Shown here: one piece after another, positions 20,700-33,800 of the stretch
Position numbering within the stretch: position 1 is the first letter of the stretch
Layout: each line of letters begins with the position of its first letter
NCBI GenBank assembly: GCA_963767925.1
Contig: CAVYGB010000008.1
Span: forward strand, 1,312,001-1,376,000
Source: an uncultured delta proteobacterium
GTDB taxonomy: Bacteria > Myxococcota_A > Polyangia > Fen-1088
Reading direction: 5' to 3'
DNA length: 64,000 nucleotides
Program-made: the position numbers and the translations under genes
The notes under the pieces: generated by a model
Told to the model about the DNA's origin: nothing
Database searches by the model: none
Seen by the model: only the letters and a program-made list of their open reading frames with translations

Positions 20700-21504
20700 C
20701 TACCCCCGGACCAGCTCGCCGGAGAACACCCGGTGCGCCTGCCCGGCGCCGTCCCGCACCAGCAGAGCCCCGTCCTGGTCGACGTCGAGGGCCGTCCCTT
20801 CGAGCTTGCCCGCGGGCCGGTCGAGCAGGCAGGGGCGGGGCAGGGCGGCGAAGGCGCGCCAGGCCGGGAGGAAGGACGCTGGCCCGGCTGTCAGCGCCTC
20901 GTCGTAGGCGGGCTCGAAGGCGTTGGCGATCGAGGCGAGCAGCGCGCCGCGGTCCTGGGTCCGGCCGGTCACGGTCCGGATCGAGGCGGCCCGGTCGCTC
21001 AGCTCGGCGAGGAAAGTGCGCGGCGTTGACGTTGACCCCCACCCCGACCACGACGTGTTTGATCCGGTCTCGCTCGGTCGCCATCTCGGTCAAGATGCCC
21101 ACCAGCTTGCGCGGCTGGCCCCCCTGGTCGACCACCACGTCGTTGGGCCACTTGAGCCGGGGCGCGAGGCGCAGCGAGGAGAGGACCCGCGCCAGCACCA
21201 CCCCGGTCAGCAGGGTCAGCGGCGGCAGCTCGGTCGCCGGGCGCTCGGGCCGGAGCAGCAGGGAGAAATACAGGTTCTCGCCGGCGGGCGAGTGCCAGGT
21301 CCGCCCCAGCCGCCCCCGCCCCGCGCTCTGGGTATCGGCCACCACCAGCAACCCTTCGGGGGCGCCTTCTCGCGCGCGCCGGGCCGCCAGATCGTTGGTG
21401 GACGCGCAGGTCAGGCTGGCCTCGTAGCTGCGACCCATGCGGGTAGCGGCCAGGTGGGTGAAGAAGTGGCGGGGCTCGAGGTCGGCCGGCAGGACCACCG
21501 CCAT
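20700..21504 (-). CDS. birA: Biotin--acetyl-CoA-carboxylase ligase (frameshift near 21015)
   Basis: STND, QSAGRGRLGRTWHSP, LKWPND, KLVGILTE, GVGVNVN; C-terminus DGALLV...SGE lies in another frame. Confidence 0.88.
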
Positions 21505-22382
21505 CAGCGGGCGCCCTCGCGGCGCAGGGTCAGGTCCAGGGACAGATCGACCGCCCGCGCCGAGTGGGTGAGCGCCCCGATCGAGATGATGTCGACCCCG
21601 GTCTCGGCCAGCTCGCGCACCCGGCTCAGCGTCACGCCACCCGAGACCTCCAGCATGGTCCGGGGCGCCGCGGCCGCGACGAGGCGCACCGCCTCGCCCA
21701 CCTCGGCCGCGGAGAAGTTGTCGAGGAGGATGATGTCCGCGCCGGCCGCGATGGCTTCCTGGAGCTGCACGAGGTCGTCGACCTCCACCTCGACCCTCAG
21801 GCTGTGGGGAACGGCGGCCCGGGCCCGCTCGACGGCGGCCGTGAGGGAGCCGCTGGCCGCCAGGTGGTTGTCCTTGATCAGCACACCCGAGCCCAGGTCG
21901 GAGCGATGGTTCGAGCCGCCACCAGCGCGGACAGCGAGCTTCTCGAGCACCCGGGCTCCCGGATAGGTCTTGCGCGTGTCGGCGATCCGCGCGCCGGTGC
22001 CCGCCACGGCCTCCACGAAGGCGCGGGTGCAGGTGGCGATGCCCGACAGCCGCTGCAGGAAGTTGAGGGCCGTGCGCTCGGCGCGCAGGACGGACCGGGC
22101 GCCGCCCCGGACCCGCAGCAGGATGGCGCCCGCTGGGCAGGGCTCGCCGTCACGGGCCAGCCGCTCGATGGTCAGCGTGGGATCGACCCGGCGGAAGACC
22201 TCGGCTGCGACCTCGACGCCCGCCGGCACGACCGCCTCCCGGGCGACCACCTCACCGACCGCGACGACGCCCACGTCGACGACGGCATCGGTCGTGACGT
22301 CGCCTCTCCCCAGGTCCTCCTCCAGGGCGAGATCGATCAGACGGTGGGCCGCGGGGGTGATCCACTGGTCGGCGATGTCCAT
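21504..22382 (-). CDS. nadC: Nicotinate-nucleotide diphosphorylase (quinolinate phosphoribosyltransferase)
   Basis: ALEEDLGRGDVTT, AERTALNFLQRLSGIAT, DTRKT, LIKDNH, ILLDNF, ISIGALTHS. Confidence 0.96.
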   Translation of the reverse strand: MDIADQWITPAAHRLIDLALEEDLGRGDVTTDAVVDVGVVAVGEVVAREAVVPAGVEVAAEVFRRVDPTLTIERLARDGEPCPAGAILLRVRGGARSVLRAERTALNFLQRLSGIATCTRAFVEAVAGTGARIADTRKTYPGARVLEKLAVRAGGGSNHRSDLGSGVLIKDNHLAASGSLTAAVERARAAVPHSLRVEVEVDDLVQLQEAIAAGADIILLDNFSAAEVGEAVRLVAAAAPRTMLEVSGGVTLSRVRELAETGVDIISIGALTHSARAVDLSLDLTLRREGAR

Positions 22383-22404
22383 GCCGACCAGCTTATCAGC
22401 GCCT

Positions 22405-23099
22405 TCAGAGCACGGCGGACGGGGGAAGCAGGCTGGACATCCAGTCTTCCACCGGCCACCCGCGGGAACGGGCCATCTTCTTCAGCCGGGGGTCGGGGTT
22501 GACCGCCACCCGGTGCGTGACGCGCTCGAGCATGGGCAGGTCGGTGAACGAGTCGGTGTAGAACCAGCTCGCGCCCACGTCGATCTCGTGGCTGGCGCCG
22601 AGGCTCTCGGCCCAGTGGATCTTGCCCGGGCCGAAGCAGGCCGGGCCGCGGAGCTGGCCGGTCAGCTGGCCGCCGCTCCACCTCGAACTCGGTGGCCCCG
22701 ACCACCTCGACCGACAGGGCGCGGGCCACCGGCTCCACGATGTACCGGGGCGAGGAGGAGAGCAGGGCGAGTACGTGGCCGTCGGCGCGGTGCCGCTCGA
22801 CGGCGCGCAGGCCGGCGGGCAAGCAGCCGGGGCAAGCACCTCGTCCTCGACCAGCCGCTGGCACTGCTCGGCGAAGTCCTGCTCGACCTTGCCGCGCAGA
22901 AAGTCGGCCACGTGGGCCGTGATGGTGGGCAGGTCCACGATGGCCAGGCGGTATTTGGCCAGCCAGCTCAGCGCGCGCAGCGCCTTGTCCGAGCGAAATC
23001 TCGCCGCGCGCGCCGCAGATCCCGCAGGAACAGACGCCCCGTGTTGCAGGCCACCAGGGTGCAATCCAGGTCGAAAAACGCGGCAACCTTCGTCTTCAT
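22405..23099 (-). CDS. HAD-IB family hydrolase (SerB1-like), several frameshifts
   Basis: AAFFDLDCTL, LLSSSPRY, CFGPGK, FYTDSFTDLPML, AVNPDPRL spread over three frames. Confidence 0.8.
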
Positions 23100-23285
23100 G
23101 GGCGGGCTGGAAGCTAGGGTCAGACTGCTCATTGTACCACCCGATAACATCGGCGGGGGATGAGCCAGGTTGACTCCTCGGCGGGATCGCCCCGATGTGT
23201 GGCCTCGACTGCTGGCCCTGCTGGCCCCGATCGCATGGCCCTGATTGACTGAGGTTGGGGTGCGCGCTAGGAACGGGCCCCACGC

Positions 23286-23847
23286 ATGCGAGTTACGGGC
23301 GGGACCGACCGGGGGCGCAAGATCCGGGCGCCGCGCAGCAGCGGAACACGCCCGACCGCCTCCCGGGTGCGAGAGGCGATCTTCAACATCCTGGGACCGC
23401 CGCCCGAAGGCCCGGTCCTCGACCTGTACGCGGGCACCGGCGCCATGGGGATCGAGGCGCTGTCACGGGGCGCCCCCAGGGCGGTGTTCGTGGAGCGGGA
23501 TAGCCGGGCGCTGGCCATCCTCGGGCGCAACCTGCGCGAGCTGGGGTTCGCCGACCGGGCGCTCATCCTGGGCACCAACGTGCGCACGGCGCTGGCCCGA
23601 CTGGCTCAGGCCGAGCCGTTCGCCTGGGTGTTCATCGACCCGCCCTACGCCACCACGGAGGCCGAGCGGGCGCTGTCGTCCCTGGCGGGGAGCGACGCTG
23701 CTCGCCCCCGGCGCCGTGGTCGTCGTCGAGCACGACAAGCGCCGCGATGCCTCCCGGAGGCCGCCGGCGAGCTCAAGCTGCGTCGACCGCCGCTACTACG
23801 GGGACACGGGCGTCTCGTTTTACCGGCGGGCGACCGGTCTTGTCTGA
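23286..23847 (+). CDS. rsmD: 16S rRNA (guanine966-N2)-methyltransferase (frameshifted)
   Basis: MRVTGG..RGRKI, RPTASRVREAIFNIL, LDLYAGTGAMGIEALSRG, FIDPPY; RYYGDTGVSFY in another frame; precedes coaD. Confidence 0.92.
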
Positions 23848-24367
23848 GCCGGGCCCCCCTGGCGCGGGGCTCCTCGCGATCTACCCGGGCTCGTTCGACC
23901 CGATCACCAACGGCCACGTCGACATCCTGCGGCGCGGGCTTGCACCTGTTCGACCGGGTGATCGTGGCCCTCGCGGCACAACGTCCGCAAGCAGCCGCTG
24001 TTCTCGCTGGCCGAGCGGGCCGAGATGGTCCGCCAGAGCGTGGGGGTCGAGGATCGCGGTGGAGATCGATTCCTTCGACGGCCTGCTCGTCGACTATGCG
24101 CGGCGGCGCGGAGCGAAGGTGGTCATCCGGGGGCTGCGCGCCATCGCCGACTTCGAGTACGAGTTCCAGTTCGCCCACATGAACCGGCACCTGGCGCCCG
24201 ACGTCGAGACGGTGTTCCTGATGACCAGCGACGACAGCTTCTACGTTTCCTCATCTCTGGTAAAAGAGGTGGCCTCCATGGGCGGGGACATCGCGCGCAT
24301 CGCGCCGGCGCCGGTCGTGGAGGCCCTCAAGACGAAGTTCGCGAACAACACGAGAAAGGGAAAATGA
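23840..24367 (+). CDS. coaD: Pantetheine-phosphate adenylyltransferase (internal compensating frameshifts)
   Basis: IYPGSFDPITNGHVDI, IRGLRAIADFEYEFQ, SSSLVKEVA. Confidence 0.95.
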   Translation: MSEPGPPGAGLLAIYPGSFDPITNGHVDILRRGLAPVRPGDRGPRGTTSASSRCSRWPSGPRWSARAWGSRIAVEIDSFDGLLVDYARRRGAKVVIRGLRAIADFEYEFQFAHMNRHLAPDVETVFLMTSDDSFYVSSSLVKEVASMGGDIARIAPAPVVEALKTKFANNTRKGK

Positions 24368-25562
24368 GACTCGCCAAACGGCTCAACGTCATTGAACCGT
24401 CGATGACCCTCAAGGTCTCCGCCAAGGCCGCGGAGCTCAAGGCCAAGGGCGTCGACGTGGTGAGCTTCGGAGCGGGAGAGCCCGACTTCGACACGCCGGC
24501 GCACATCAAGGAAGCGGCCAAGAAGGCGCTCGATCGCGGCGCGACAAAGTACACCCAGGTGGAGGGCACGCCCCAGCTGCGCAAGGCGGTGGCAGCCTGG
24601 TTCGCCAAGGCCCACGGCCTCGAGGTCTCGCCCGGCGAGGTCATGGTGAGCGCCGGCGCCAAGCAGGTCATCTTCAACGCCTTTCACGCTGTGCTCGACG
24701 AGGGCGACGAGGTCATCCTCCCGGCGCCCTACTGGGTGAGCTACTCCGAGATCGCCAAGCTGGCGGGCGCCACGTCCGGTGCCGGTGGTGTCGCGGCCCG
24801 AAGACAACTTCGTGGTCGACCCCGACGCCGTCGCCCGGGCCATCACCCCGCGCACCCGCCTGATCCTCATCGTGTCGCCCTGCAACCCGACCGGCGCGGT
24901 GTACGACGAGAAGACCCTGCGCGCCCTGGCCGATCTGGCGGTCAAGCACGACCTCTGGCTGCTGACCGACGACATCTACCGCACGCTGATCTACGGGGAT
25001 GCGCGCTTCGTGCAGCCGGCTACCTTCGGCCCCGGAGGTGCGCAAGCGCACCATCATCGCCGACGGGGTGTCCAAGGCCTTCGCCATGACCGGCTGGCGG
25101 ATCGGCTTCGCCATGGCCCCCCCCGCGGTCATCGAGGCCATGGGGACCCTGCAGGGACAGTCGACGACCAACGCGGCGGCGGTCAGCCAGGAGGCAGCGC
25201 TGACCGCCATCGAGGGTCCGACCGAGGACCTCGAGCGCATGCGCCAGGAGTTCGACCGGCGCCGGCTGTACATGCTCGGCGCCTTGCGGGCCATCCCGGG
25301 CGTCACGTGCGTCGAGCCGCGGGGCGCGTTCTACGCCTTCCCGGACCTGTCGGCCTTCAACGGCAAGCGCACCCCCGGTGGCAAGGTCATCGACGGCGAC
25401 CCTTCGCTGTGCGACTACCTGATCGAGGAGGCGCGGGTGGCGGTGGTCCCGGGCTCCTCGTTCTACGCGCCCGGCTTCGTCCGGCTGTCTTACGCCACCT
25501 CGCAGGCGAACATCGAAAAGGGTGTCTCGCGCATGGCCGAGGCCCTGGGGAAGCTGGTCTGA
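24364..25562 (+). CDS. PLP-dependent class I aminotransferase (aspartate aminotransferase-like), frameshifted
   Basis: FGAGEPDFDTP, GAKQ, PYWVSY, SPCNPTG, TDDIY, GVSKAFAMTGWRIG, GAFYAFP, RLSYAT across three frames. Confidence 0.9.
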
Positions 25563-25563
25563 C

Positions 25564-26793
25564 GTGGCGGACCGCCCGTCGATCCTGCGGCTCGCGTGGC
25601 TGGGCGCCCTGGCGCTCGGCTGCGCGGCACAGGTGTCCCCGGCCTCGGTGAACTGGGCTTCGGGCGTCCCCTCCGCGGCCGCCGATGGTCGCTGCAAGGA
25701 GCTGTACCAGGGCGGCCTGGGCACGGAGGACCTGGGGTTCTCGCTGGACGGGCTGACCGCGGGGGTGCCCCGCGACCTCGACGCCCTCGCGGCCTGGGCA
25801 GAAGGGAAGGTGACCCTGACGCCGGTGCAGGTGTTGCCACCCCCCGCCACCCTCGATCTCGCCGGGCTGACTGGCGCGACCCCCTGTCCCGATCTCGAAC
25901 CCGCTCGGCTGCTGGTGGACGGGGATCCGACCCGGCTCCGCTCGGCCCGACCGACCGGCCTCGCCGCCGCCAAGGAGGCGGCCGCGCGCGTTCACCTGGC
26001 CGCCGGCCGGTTCCCCGAGAGCCGGGCCGACTGGCAGGTGGCCGCCCGCCACGAGGGGCTCGCCCTGCCCGGGCCCGCGCTGGCGGTGGCGGCCAGCTAC
26101 GCCGAGGAGGGCCGCTTCGCCGAGTCGCTCGTTATCTACCAGGAGGTCGGCCAGCGCTTCCCCTGGAGCCCGGAGGCCCAGGCGGGCGCCGGGCGATCGC
26201 TGCGCGCCCTCAACCGCCGGGTGGAGGCGGTCGAGGCCTGGGGCCGGAGCCTGGCCCTGCGGCCGCGCGCCCCCGATCTGCGCGCCCGGGTGGCGGCCGA
26301 TGCCTTCGCCGAGGTGACGCCCCCCCTGGGGCCACCTGCCGGCCGCTTCGAGGACGGAGGGCAGGTGCGCTGGGTGCTGCTGGCGAGCCCCGACCGCGAT
26401 CCGGCCAACCCACACGTTGTCGCCGAGGCGGCGGCCTACGCCTCCTGCAAGGAGGCCTTCCGGACGTCGCCCGATCTACGCCGCGCCGCCACCGGCCGGG
26501 AGATGGCCCGCTGGCTCTGGACCCCCGCCGAGGAGAGCGTCTGCGCCGGGCTGTGGCTGCGCACCTACCTGCGCAACCGGGGGCAAGGTCGCGCCGCCGA
26601 CGCTGGCCTGGACGATCTGGTCGAGATCGCCCGGGAGGGCCTGCTCGAGGAGCGGGCCATCGCCGACGTGGGCGCCTGGGTCCACCAGGCCGCGCCCTTG
26701 CTGCTGGAGCCGCCCCGCCGCCAGCGGCTGTTCGCCTTCGTGGAGAAGTACCGGGTAGGCCCCCGGCGCGACGCCGGCTGGCTCTTCCCCTGA
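25564..26793 (+). CDS. Hypothetical TPR-containing lipoprotein
   Basis: Signal peptide with lipobox LALGC; TPR-like helices (EAQAGAGRSLRALNRRVEAVEAWGRSL). Confidence 0.6.
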   Translation: MADRPSILRLAWLGALALGCAAQVSPASVNWASGVPSAAADGRCKELYQGGLGTEDLGFSLDGLTAGVPRDLDALAAWAEGKVTLTPVQVLPPPATLDLAGLTGATPCPDLEPARLLVDGDPTRLRSARPTGLAAAKEAAARVHLAAGRFPESRADWQVAARHEGLALPGPALAVAASYAEEGRFAESLVIYQEVGQRFPWSPEAQAGAGRSLRALNRRVEAVEAWGRSLALRPRAPDLRARVAADAFAEVTPPLGPPAGRFEDGGQVRWVLLASPDRDPANPHVVAEAAAYASCKEAFRTSPDLRRAATGREMARWLWTPAEESVCAGLWLRTYLRNRGQGRAADAGLDDLVEIAREGLLEERAIADVGAWVHQAAPLLLEPPRRQRLFAFVEKYRVGPRRDAGWLFP

Positions 26794-26821
26794 CCGACAC
26801 CCAGGCCGGCCAGGGAATCGG

Positions 26822-28270
<1,449 letters not shown>

Positions 28271-28604
28271 TAAACCGTCACAAGCGTGAGGGACAGTACA
28301 AGGCTTTGGCAGTGTCGCATTTTTTCCGGCGAGCGGTCAAGCCGCGCACCGCCGGTTGCTTTCGCGAGTGCCCTCGCCATTCCTCCCGCCGGCTCCCGCC
28401 GGTTTGCTCCCGCGGTTTCCTCGCTGCGTCCTCGTCACGGCCCGGCCGCGCTTCAGCCGCGTCGCTCCCGGCATCCTCCCGGCTTGGCCCCCGGCGCCGC
28501 CCCTATCATCGCGTGACAGGGCGCCCGGGAGGTGCGGGCCGCGACCGCTCGATGGTCTCGATCCTCGTCTTGATTCCCCGTCCTGGCGTGCATAGATAGA
28601 CGGG

Positions 28605-30351
28605 ATGGTTGACCCCGTGTCGACGCTCGTTCTGGCGATCGAGAGGGAGACGGCGCTGCTGCCGGCCGGGAAGCTGTTCCCGGCGCGGCCGGGGGCCCGT
28701 CTGCCCGAGCGGCTCGCCGAGGCCTGCGGCCGGGCGATCCCGGGCGGGCGTGTCGGCGTTTTTCGCACGTTACGACGGGGCGGTCTTCGCCCGCGAGGTG
28801 CGCCTGTTCTCCTTCGAGGAGAGCCTGCGGCTCAAGCGGGATCCCCGCCGCTCGGGCGAGCTCAAGGGTCTGTGGCCGATCGTCGAGCGGCACGGGCGCC
28901 TGTTCGCGCTCGACGCGGAGTGCCTGGGTCCCGAGGGCGAGTGGCCGGTGGTCGAGCTGGCCGACCGCAGCGTCGACCGGGCGGGCAGCACGCTTCCTCC
29001 GCTACCTGCACGCGCTGCTCGCCGACATGGCGGCAGGGTCGGAGAGCGACGAAGCTGACCGGGCCGAGGAGCGTTGCCGGCGCGATCCCGCGCTGGCCGA
29101 GCACTGGGTCGACTGGGTCGAGCTGCTCGATCGATCGCGGGCAGGTCGACCAGGCCGACGAGGCGCTGTTCGAGGGGCTGCGCAGCTCCAACCCGCTCGG
29201 GCCCGCGCTGCTCATGGCCGCCGCCCTGCGCGCGGTCGACCGCGGCGATCGCGACGCGCTCGAGCGGGCGATCCAGGACGCGCTCGAGATCGAGCCGCTG
29301 ACGGCGCGCGACGACGATGCCCGCCTCGACGCCGCGGCGGTGGCGCTCGTGCTGGCCCAGGAGCAGGGCGCCCGGGTGGCGCTGGCCAAGGCCCGCGAGC
29401 TGCTCGGCACCGCCGCCTCCTCGACCGGGGCCTACTGGCGGGGAGAGGCGATCCGGGCCCTGTCCGCCGGTCGAAAGGCGCGCGCCGATCTGGCGCTCTC
29501 GGTCGTCCTCGTCCCTGGTGCCCGACGATCTGGACGTGGCGCGCCTGCGCTCTGCGAACCCGCTGTCGACCGACGCTCTGGCGCGCGCTGTCGCGGGGCC
29601 GGGACGCGCTCGACCGGGGCGCCTTCGACGACGCGCTCTCGCGCGGCGCGCAGCGCGGTGCTCGAGCTGCGCCGAGCTGGGGCTGGCCCACGCGCTGCTG
29701 GCCGAGGTGCTGAACGCCCGGCGCGAGCGCGGCGGGCTGGAGGCCGCCCGGCGGGCGGCCGATCTGAACCCGGCCTTGATCGAGGCCTGGCGGGAGCTGG
29801 GCGACGGCTACCTCGAGCAGCGGCAGGCGGCCAAGGCCGAGGAGGCCTACCGCGAGCTGTGCCGCCGCGACCCGGGCAGCGGCCTGGGGCTGGCCAAGCT
29901 GGCGCAGGCGCAGCTCGAGCAGGGCCGCACCCGGGAGGCCCTCGAGACGGTGGAGAGCGCCGCCGAGCGGGGCGGGGACGTGTTCTTCGTCAACGCCGTC
30001 CGGGGCGACGTGCTGGCCGAGATGAGCCGCCACGTCGAGGCCGCCGAGGCCTACGATCAGGCGCTGGTTGTCGAGCCGGAGGACCACTGGGCCCTGCACC
30101 AGGCCGCCCTCGAGCACAGCCGGGCCGGCAACAATGACCGGGCCATGGAGCTGTTCGAACGGGCCATCGCCTTCGACCGCGAGGGCTGCCACCAGACGCT
30201 GGTCGACTACGCCGATCTGATGCGCCGGCTGGGCCGCATCGGCGACGCGGTCCGCCTGTACCGGCGGGCGGTGGCGGCGGTCCCCAACGATCCGGAATGG
30301 CGGCAGGTGCTCCGCGAGGCCGAGCGCGAGCTGCAGTCCGCCCCGAACTAG
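28605..30351 (+). CDS. TPR protein with N-terminal SMI1/KNR4-like domain, multiple frameshifts
   Basis: Stitched frames give SAFFARYDG...LFSFEE...LFALDAEC..EGEWPVVEL...GSTFLRYL, then multiple TPRs (AWRELGDGYL, AAEAYDQALVVEPED). Confidence 0.6.
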
Positions 30352-30387
30352 TCGGGCCCGAGCGAAGCGAGGGACCCGACTACTTCG
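30344..30387. repeat. REP-like imperfect palindrome between convergent genes
   Basis: CGAA-c-TAGTCGGG-CCC / loop GAGCGAAGCGA / GGG-a-CCCGACTA-c-TTCG. Confidence 0.6.
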
Positions 30388-30405
30388 AAGACAGTCCCTA
30401 GTCGC

Positions 30406-30813
30406 TCAGGGCAGGGCGCTGGCCTGGGCGGCGAGCTGGTCGAGCTCGGACTGCTTGAGCTCGCGGGTCTCGGCGTAGGCGATGCCCACCACCGCCCGAA
30501 CCGCACCCTGGGCGTCGTGCACGGGGAAGGCCACCGCGGCCTGAGCGTTGACCGCCTTGGCGCCCGGGCGGACGCGGCCGGTGCTGTCGTCCTTGATGTT
30601 GCAGGTGGAGATGGGCTCGTTGTGCTCGAAGGCCAGCCCCGCCATGCCCTTGCCGCGGGGGACCTGCCGGACGATCTCCATCACGGGCGGGGGGATGTTG
30701 ACCGCCGCCGCGAGGGTGAGCAGGTCGCCCTCGCGCTGGTGGACGGTGCCGGCGACGCCGCCGTTGTCGCGGACGAACTTTTCCAGCCAGACCTGGGTGG
30801 GGGAAGCCAACAT
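30406..30813 (-). CDS. Stand-alone GAF domain protein
   Basis: VPRGKGMAGLAF..NEPI..CNI, AVAFPVHD..GAVRAVVGIA. Confidence 0.8.
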   Translation of the reverse strand: MLASPTQVWLEKFVRDNGGVAGTVHQREGDLLTLAAAVNIPPPVMEIVRQVPRGKGMAGLAFEHNEPISTCNIKDDSTGRVRPGAKAVNAQAAVAFPVHDAQGAVRAVVGIAYAETRELKQSELDQLAAQASALP

Positions 30814-30820
30814 GTCCGGA

Positions 30821-33800
30821 TTATACCGAGGTGCCGCCGCGGGCGGCGATCAGACGTCGGGTCCACAGGTCGCCGAGCTTCTCCTGGACCGTGTTCTGGC
30901 CCAGGCGCTCGGCCAGGTGGGCCCAGTCGACGGTGTCCTGGGGCTGGTCCTGGTTGAAGCAGGAGAAGACGAACACCTCCTTGCCGCTCGTCGGGTCGAC
31001 TTGCCGCTGCAGGCACTGGGCGCAGACCTCTTTCATCATGCACTGCATGGGCGAGTTGATGGAGGCGATGGCCACGTGGCCAGGAGACATGAATGGCCGC
31101 AACACGCCGTGGCGGGAGCGGGCGACCGCGGCCATCATCCGATCGCTGCCGATGGCGATGATGCGCCGGCAGTCGGTAAGCGAGACGAGCTGCCGGTCCG
31201 AGCTCACCCCGGGCGTGGGCCAACATCGCCTCGACGATGTTTCCCCGGAAGACGTGATCGCCGGGACGGCGGGCCTCCGGCAGCTCGCCGCTGTCGACGC
31301 TCCAGATGACCTCGTCGGTGGCCGCCTCGATCTCGTCGACCTTGTAGATGTCTTCCTTCTTTCGGTAGCCGGCGAAATACAGGACCCGGCAGCCGCTGTC
31401 GCGCATGGCCCGGGCGATGGAGAACAGCACCGCGTTGCCCAGCCCCCCGCCACACAACACGACCGCTTCCCCGTGCGGGATCTCGGTCGGCGCGCCGGTG
31501 GGACCCATCAGCACCACCGGCTCGCCAGGCCGCAGGCGGGCGCAAAGCCGGGAGCTCGACCCCATCTCCAGCACGATGAGCGAGACCAGGCCCCGGTCCT
31601 GGTCGACCGAAGCGCCCGTGAGGGCCAGGCCCTCCATCTGCAGCCGGGTGTCTGGACCATGGCCGTTGCAGGTCATACGGGGCGACAGGCTCTCGTAGTT
31701 CTGCAGGCGGAAGAACTGGCCGGGCTGGAAGCGGCGAACCGCGGCGGGGGCGGACACCACCACCTCGACGATGGTGGGGGTGAGGCGGATGACCTCGTGC
31801 ACGGTCGGCCGCAGGTCCCGGTCGAGCCGGGCCACGAAACCTTCCCAGGCGGTCTCCCGGGCCGGCTGATCGTCCGGGCGCTGGCCGGCCAGCTCGTGGG
31901 CGAACAGGGCAGCGACGTGGGGGTAGCCATCTTTGGCCGAGGCCATGGCCTTGACCACGGACCCCGCGTACACGGGGTGGTTGTCGCCGTAGTAGGTGAT
32001 GAAGTGGTCGTGCTTCCGGTACGAGGTAAAAAAGGCGATCTCGCCTGGCGCGGCCGGCTCCAGCCGGTGCTCCCCCTCCGGGCCGGGGTCTCGCACGACG
32101 CGGTAGCTGCGGAAGGCCCGGGCCCGGGAGTCGATCTCGAAGGTGCCGGGGTGCTCGCGCTCGTAGATGACGTTCGGTGAGGTGCCGGCCGCCACCAGCA
32201 ACGAGCGGGCGGGCAGGCGGACCTGCTCGCCGGTGGGGTGCAGCTTGCCCTCCTGCTCGATCACCCGCTCGAACACCACGGCCTGGAGGGTGCCGTTGGC
32301 GTCGGGCTCGCAGGCCCGCGGGACCAGGTTCTCGATGAACGAGACCCCCTCCTCGAGGAACTTGGACACCTCCTCGTGGTTCAGGCGATAGGCCGGCGAG
32401 TCCTGCATGCTGCGGCGGTAGACCAGCGAGACCCCGCCCCAGGACGCGACGAGCCCGGCCAGGTCGGCGGCCTGCCCGGCGGCGGCCGCCCGGGCCCGTT
32501 CGGCGCGCAGCTCCCGGCCGTGGGCGACGAACTCGCGCGCCACCTCGAGCTCGCCGGGGTTGTACATCCGCAGCAGCGCCTCCTCGCCGACCTCGGCGGC
32601 GAGCGACTCCCAGCGGCTGAGGAACTTCTCCACCTGCACCGGGTAATAGGCCGCCAGCTCGGTGGTTGTGTCGATGCCGGTCAACCCGCCGCCGACAACC
32701 AGGGCGGGCAGCCGCATCTGCAGGTTGGCCAGGGTGTCTTCCTTGAAGCCGCCGGTGAGCTGCAGGGCCATCAAGAAGTCGGAGGCCTTGCGCACCCCGG
32801 GGATCAGGTTGTTCTTGATGTCGATGATGGTCGGCTTGCCGGCCCCTGCGGCGATGGCGATGTGGTGAAAGCCGAGCTGCCAGGCCTCGTCAGCGTCGAA
32901 GGTGCCGCCGAAGCGCACGCCGCCGTAGGCCCGGAAGTTTCGCCGGCGCGCCAGGCTCAGGTAGATCGCCTGCAGGAAGTTCTTGTCCCAGCGGACGGTG
33001 ATGCCGTATTCGGCCACCCCGCCGAAGCCCGAGAGGATGCGCTTGTCGAGGGGGACCGCCAGCTCGTTCCAGTCGCGCAGCGGGCGCGGCGGCCAGGCAT
33101 CTCCGCCCACCAGGTCCACCGGCAGCGGCTCGAGCTTGAGCCCATCGACCGCCACCACGCCGAACCCCTCGTTGGCCAGGTGGTGCGACAGGGTGTACCC
33201 GGCGGGGCCCAGGCCCACCACGAGGACGTTCTTGCCGTTGTAGGGCAGGGCGTGGGGCCGGGCGCGGTTGAGCGGGTTCCAGCGGGTGAGGAGGGCGTAG
33301 ATCTCGAACCCGTAGGGCAGGGCGAGCACGTCGGTGAGCACCCCGGTCTCGGCCTGGGGGATGTTGACCGGCTCCTGCTTCTGGAAGATGCAGGCCTTCA
33401 TGCAGTCGTTGCAGATGCGGTGGCCGGTGCCCGGCAACATCGGGTTGTCGATGATGACGAGGGCCAGCGCGCCCAGCGAGTCGCCCTCCTTGCGCAGGAC
33501 GTGCATCTCGCTGATCCGCTCGTGCAGCGGGCAGCCGGCCAGCGCGATCCCCAGCGGGTTGCGCTTGGCGCTCCCGTCCTTCTCCCGCAGGCCGTGCGAG
33601 CAGGAGTCCTTGCGCCGCTCGTGGCAATAGAGGCAGTACTCGACCTCGCCCAGCACCTCCCTGGCCGACATCCGGTTGTCGGTGAGGGCAAAGCCGATCC
33701 GGCCCCGGCGGTGCTCGTCGTGGGCCACCATGAGCTCGGGCAGGTCGGCCCGGGGCCGACGCAGGGGCACCAGGGCGGCGTGGTCGAGCTTGTGGGGCAG

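Noticed and set aside
28271..28604. Enhancer-like TGTCGCATTTTTT site near the sigma54 regulator
   Set aside because: No convincing palindrome and no -24/-12 element found nearby.
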